Origin: Octopus sinensis
Lineage: Eukaryota
Assembly: GCF_006345805.1 (NCBI RefSeq)
Contig: NC_043006.1
Span: forward strand, 39,618,001 to 39,682,000
Reading direction: 5' to 3'
DNA: 64,000 bases
Below, piece by piece: positions 63,721 through 64,000 of this stretch (the stretch's first letter is position 1; the number at the start of each line of letters is the position of its first letter). Below the pieces are notes generated by a model, which worked only from the letters and a program-made list of their open reading frames with translations, made no database searches and was not told the DNA's origin. Position numbers and translations under genes: made by a program.

Positions 63721-64000
63721 GTCAGGTCACTTTCGAATGCAATCCGTTGCATGGTCGGGTCGTTGCGACTAAACGGCAACCCCACCAAGCTCGCTTGGTG
63801 AGGAGGGTGTTTATTGGTCACCTTGCGGGATGAAAAACAAAACCCGTCAAAGGGCGGAGGAACTCTTGAGAATCAACGGCCATCCAATAAATGTCTTAAA
63901 GCTGTATAATGCGCGGGGACATAGAAATAATCGGATTGAATACCCGATCGCGCAGTTAAACCATTGGGAGTGAAGGACTCCTACCCTTTGTCAGGGCATC
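63720..64000 (+). mobile_element. GC-richer block starting abruptly after (TA)n, possibly the 5' UTR of an RTE-like LINE cut by the window end
   Basis: Sharp composition change and hairpin caccaagc-tc-gcttggtg. The family assignment is from recollection only. Confidence 0.3.

Noticed and set aside
63720-64000. HDV-like ribozyme expected at some RTE 5' ends
   Set aside because: Could not assign the nested P1/P2/P3/P1.1 pseudoknot by eye.

Overview
Eukaryotic, very AT-rich, repeat-dense non-coding DNA. I found no credible host-gene exon. The SINE repertoire and the density of (TA)n/(TG)n/(GATA)n/(CATA)n tracts suggest a cephalopod (Octopus-like) genome; this is inference from recalled repeat families, not a search. 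Most short ORFs in the track are microsatellite translations. Recognisable content: many tRNA-derived SINE copies in 3-4 recombining families; three copies of a CR1-group LINE (52.3-55.7 kb is nearly complete, broken almost only by 1-nt homopolymer indels); a mariner nested in a deleted mariner, plus two mariner remnants; RTE-, R4/Dong- and Penelope-like coding relics; several MITE or fold-back elements, one carrying a 28S rRNA-like fragment; and a 100-N gap. The main hidden signal is a set of minimal type-I hammerhead ribozyme motifs with palindromic stem III, the Penelope-like-element type, mostly in short modules flanked by (TA)n. Four look structurally complete and use three different 3-8 core pairs: C3-G8 (38.1 and 52.0 kb), U3-A8 (61.4 kb) and G3-C8 (61.7 kb). 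Several partial or decayed copies also occur, often inside fold-backs. All alignments and folds were done by eye.
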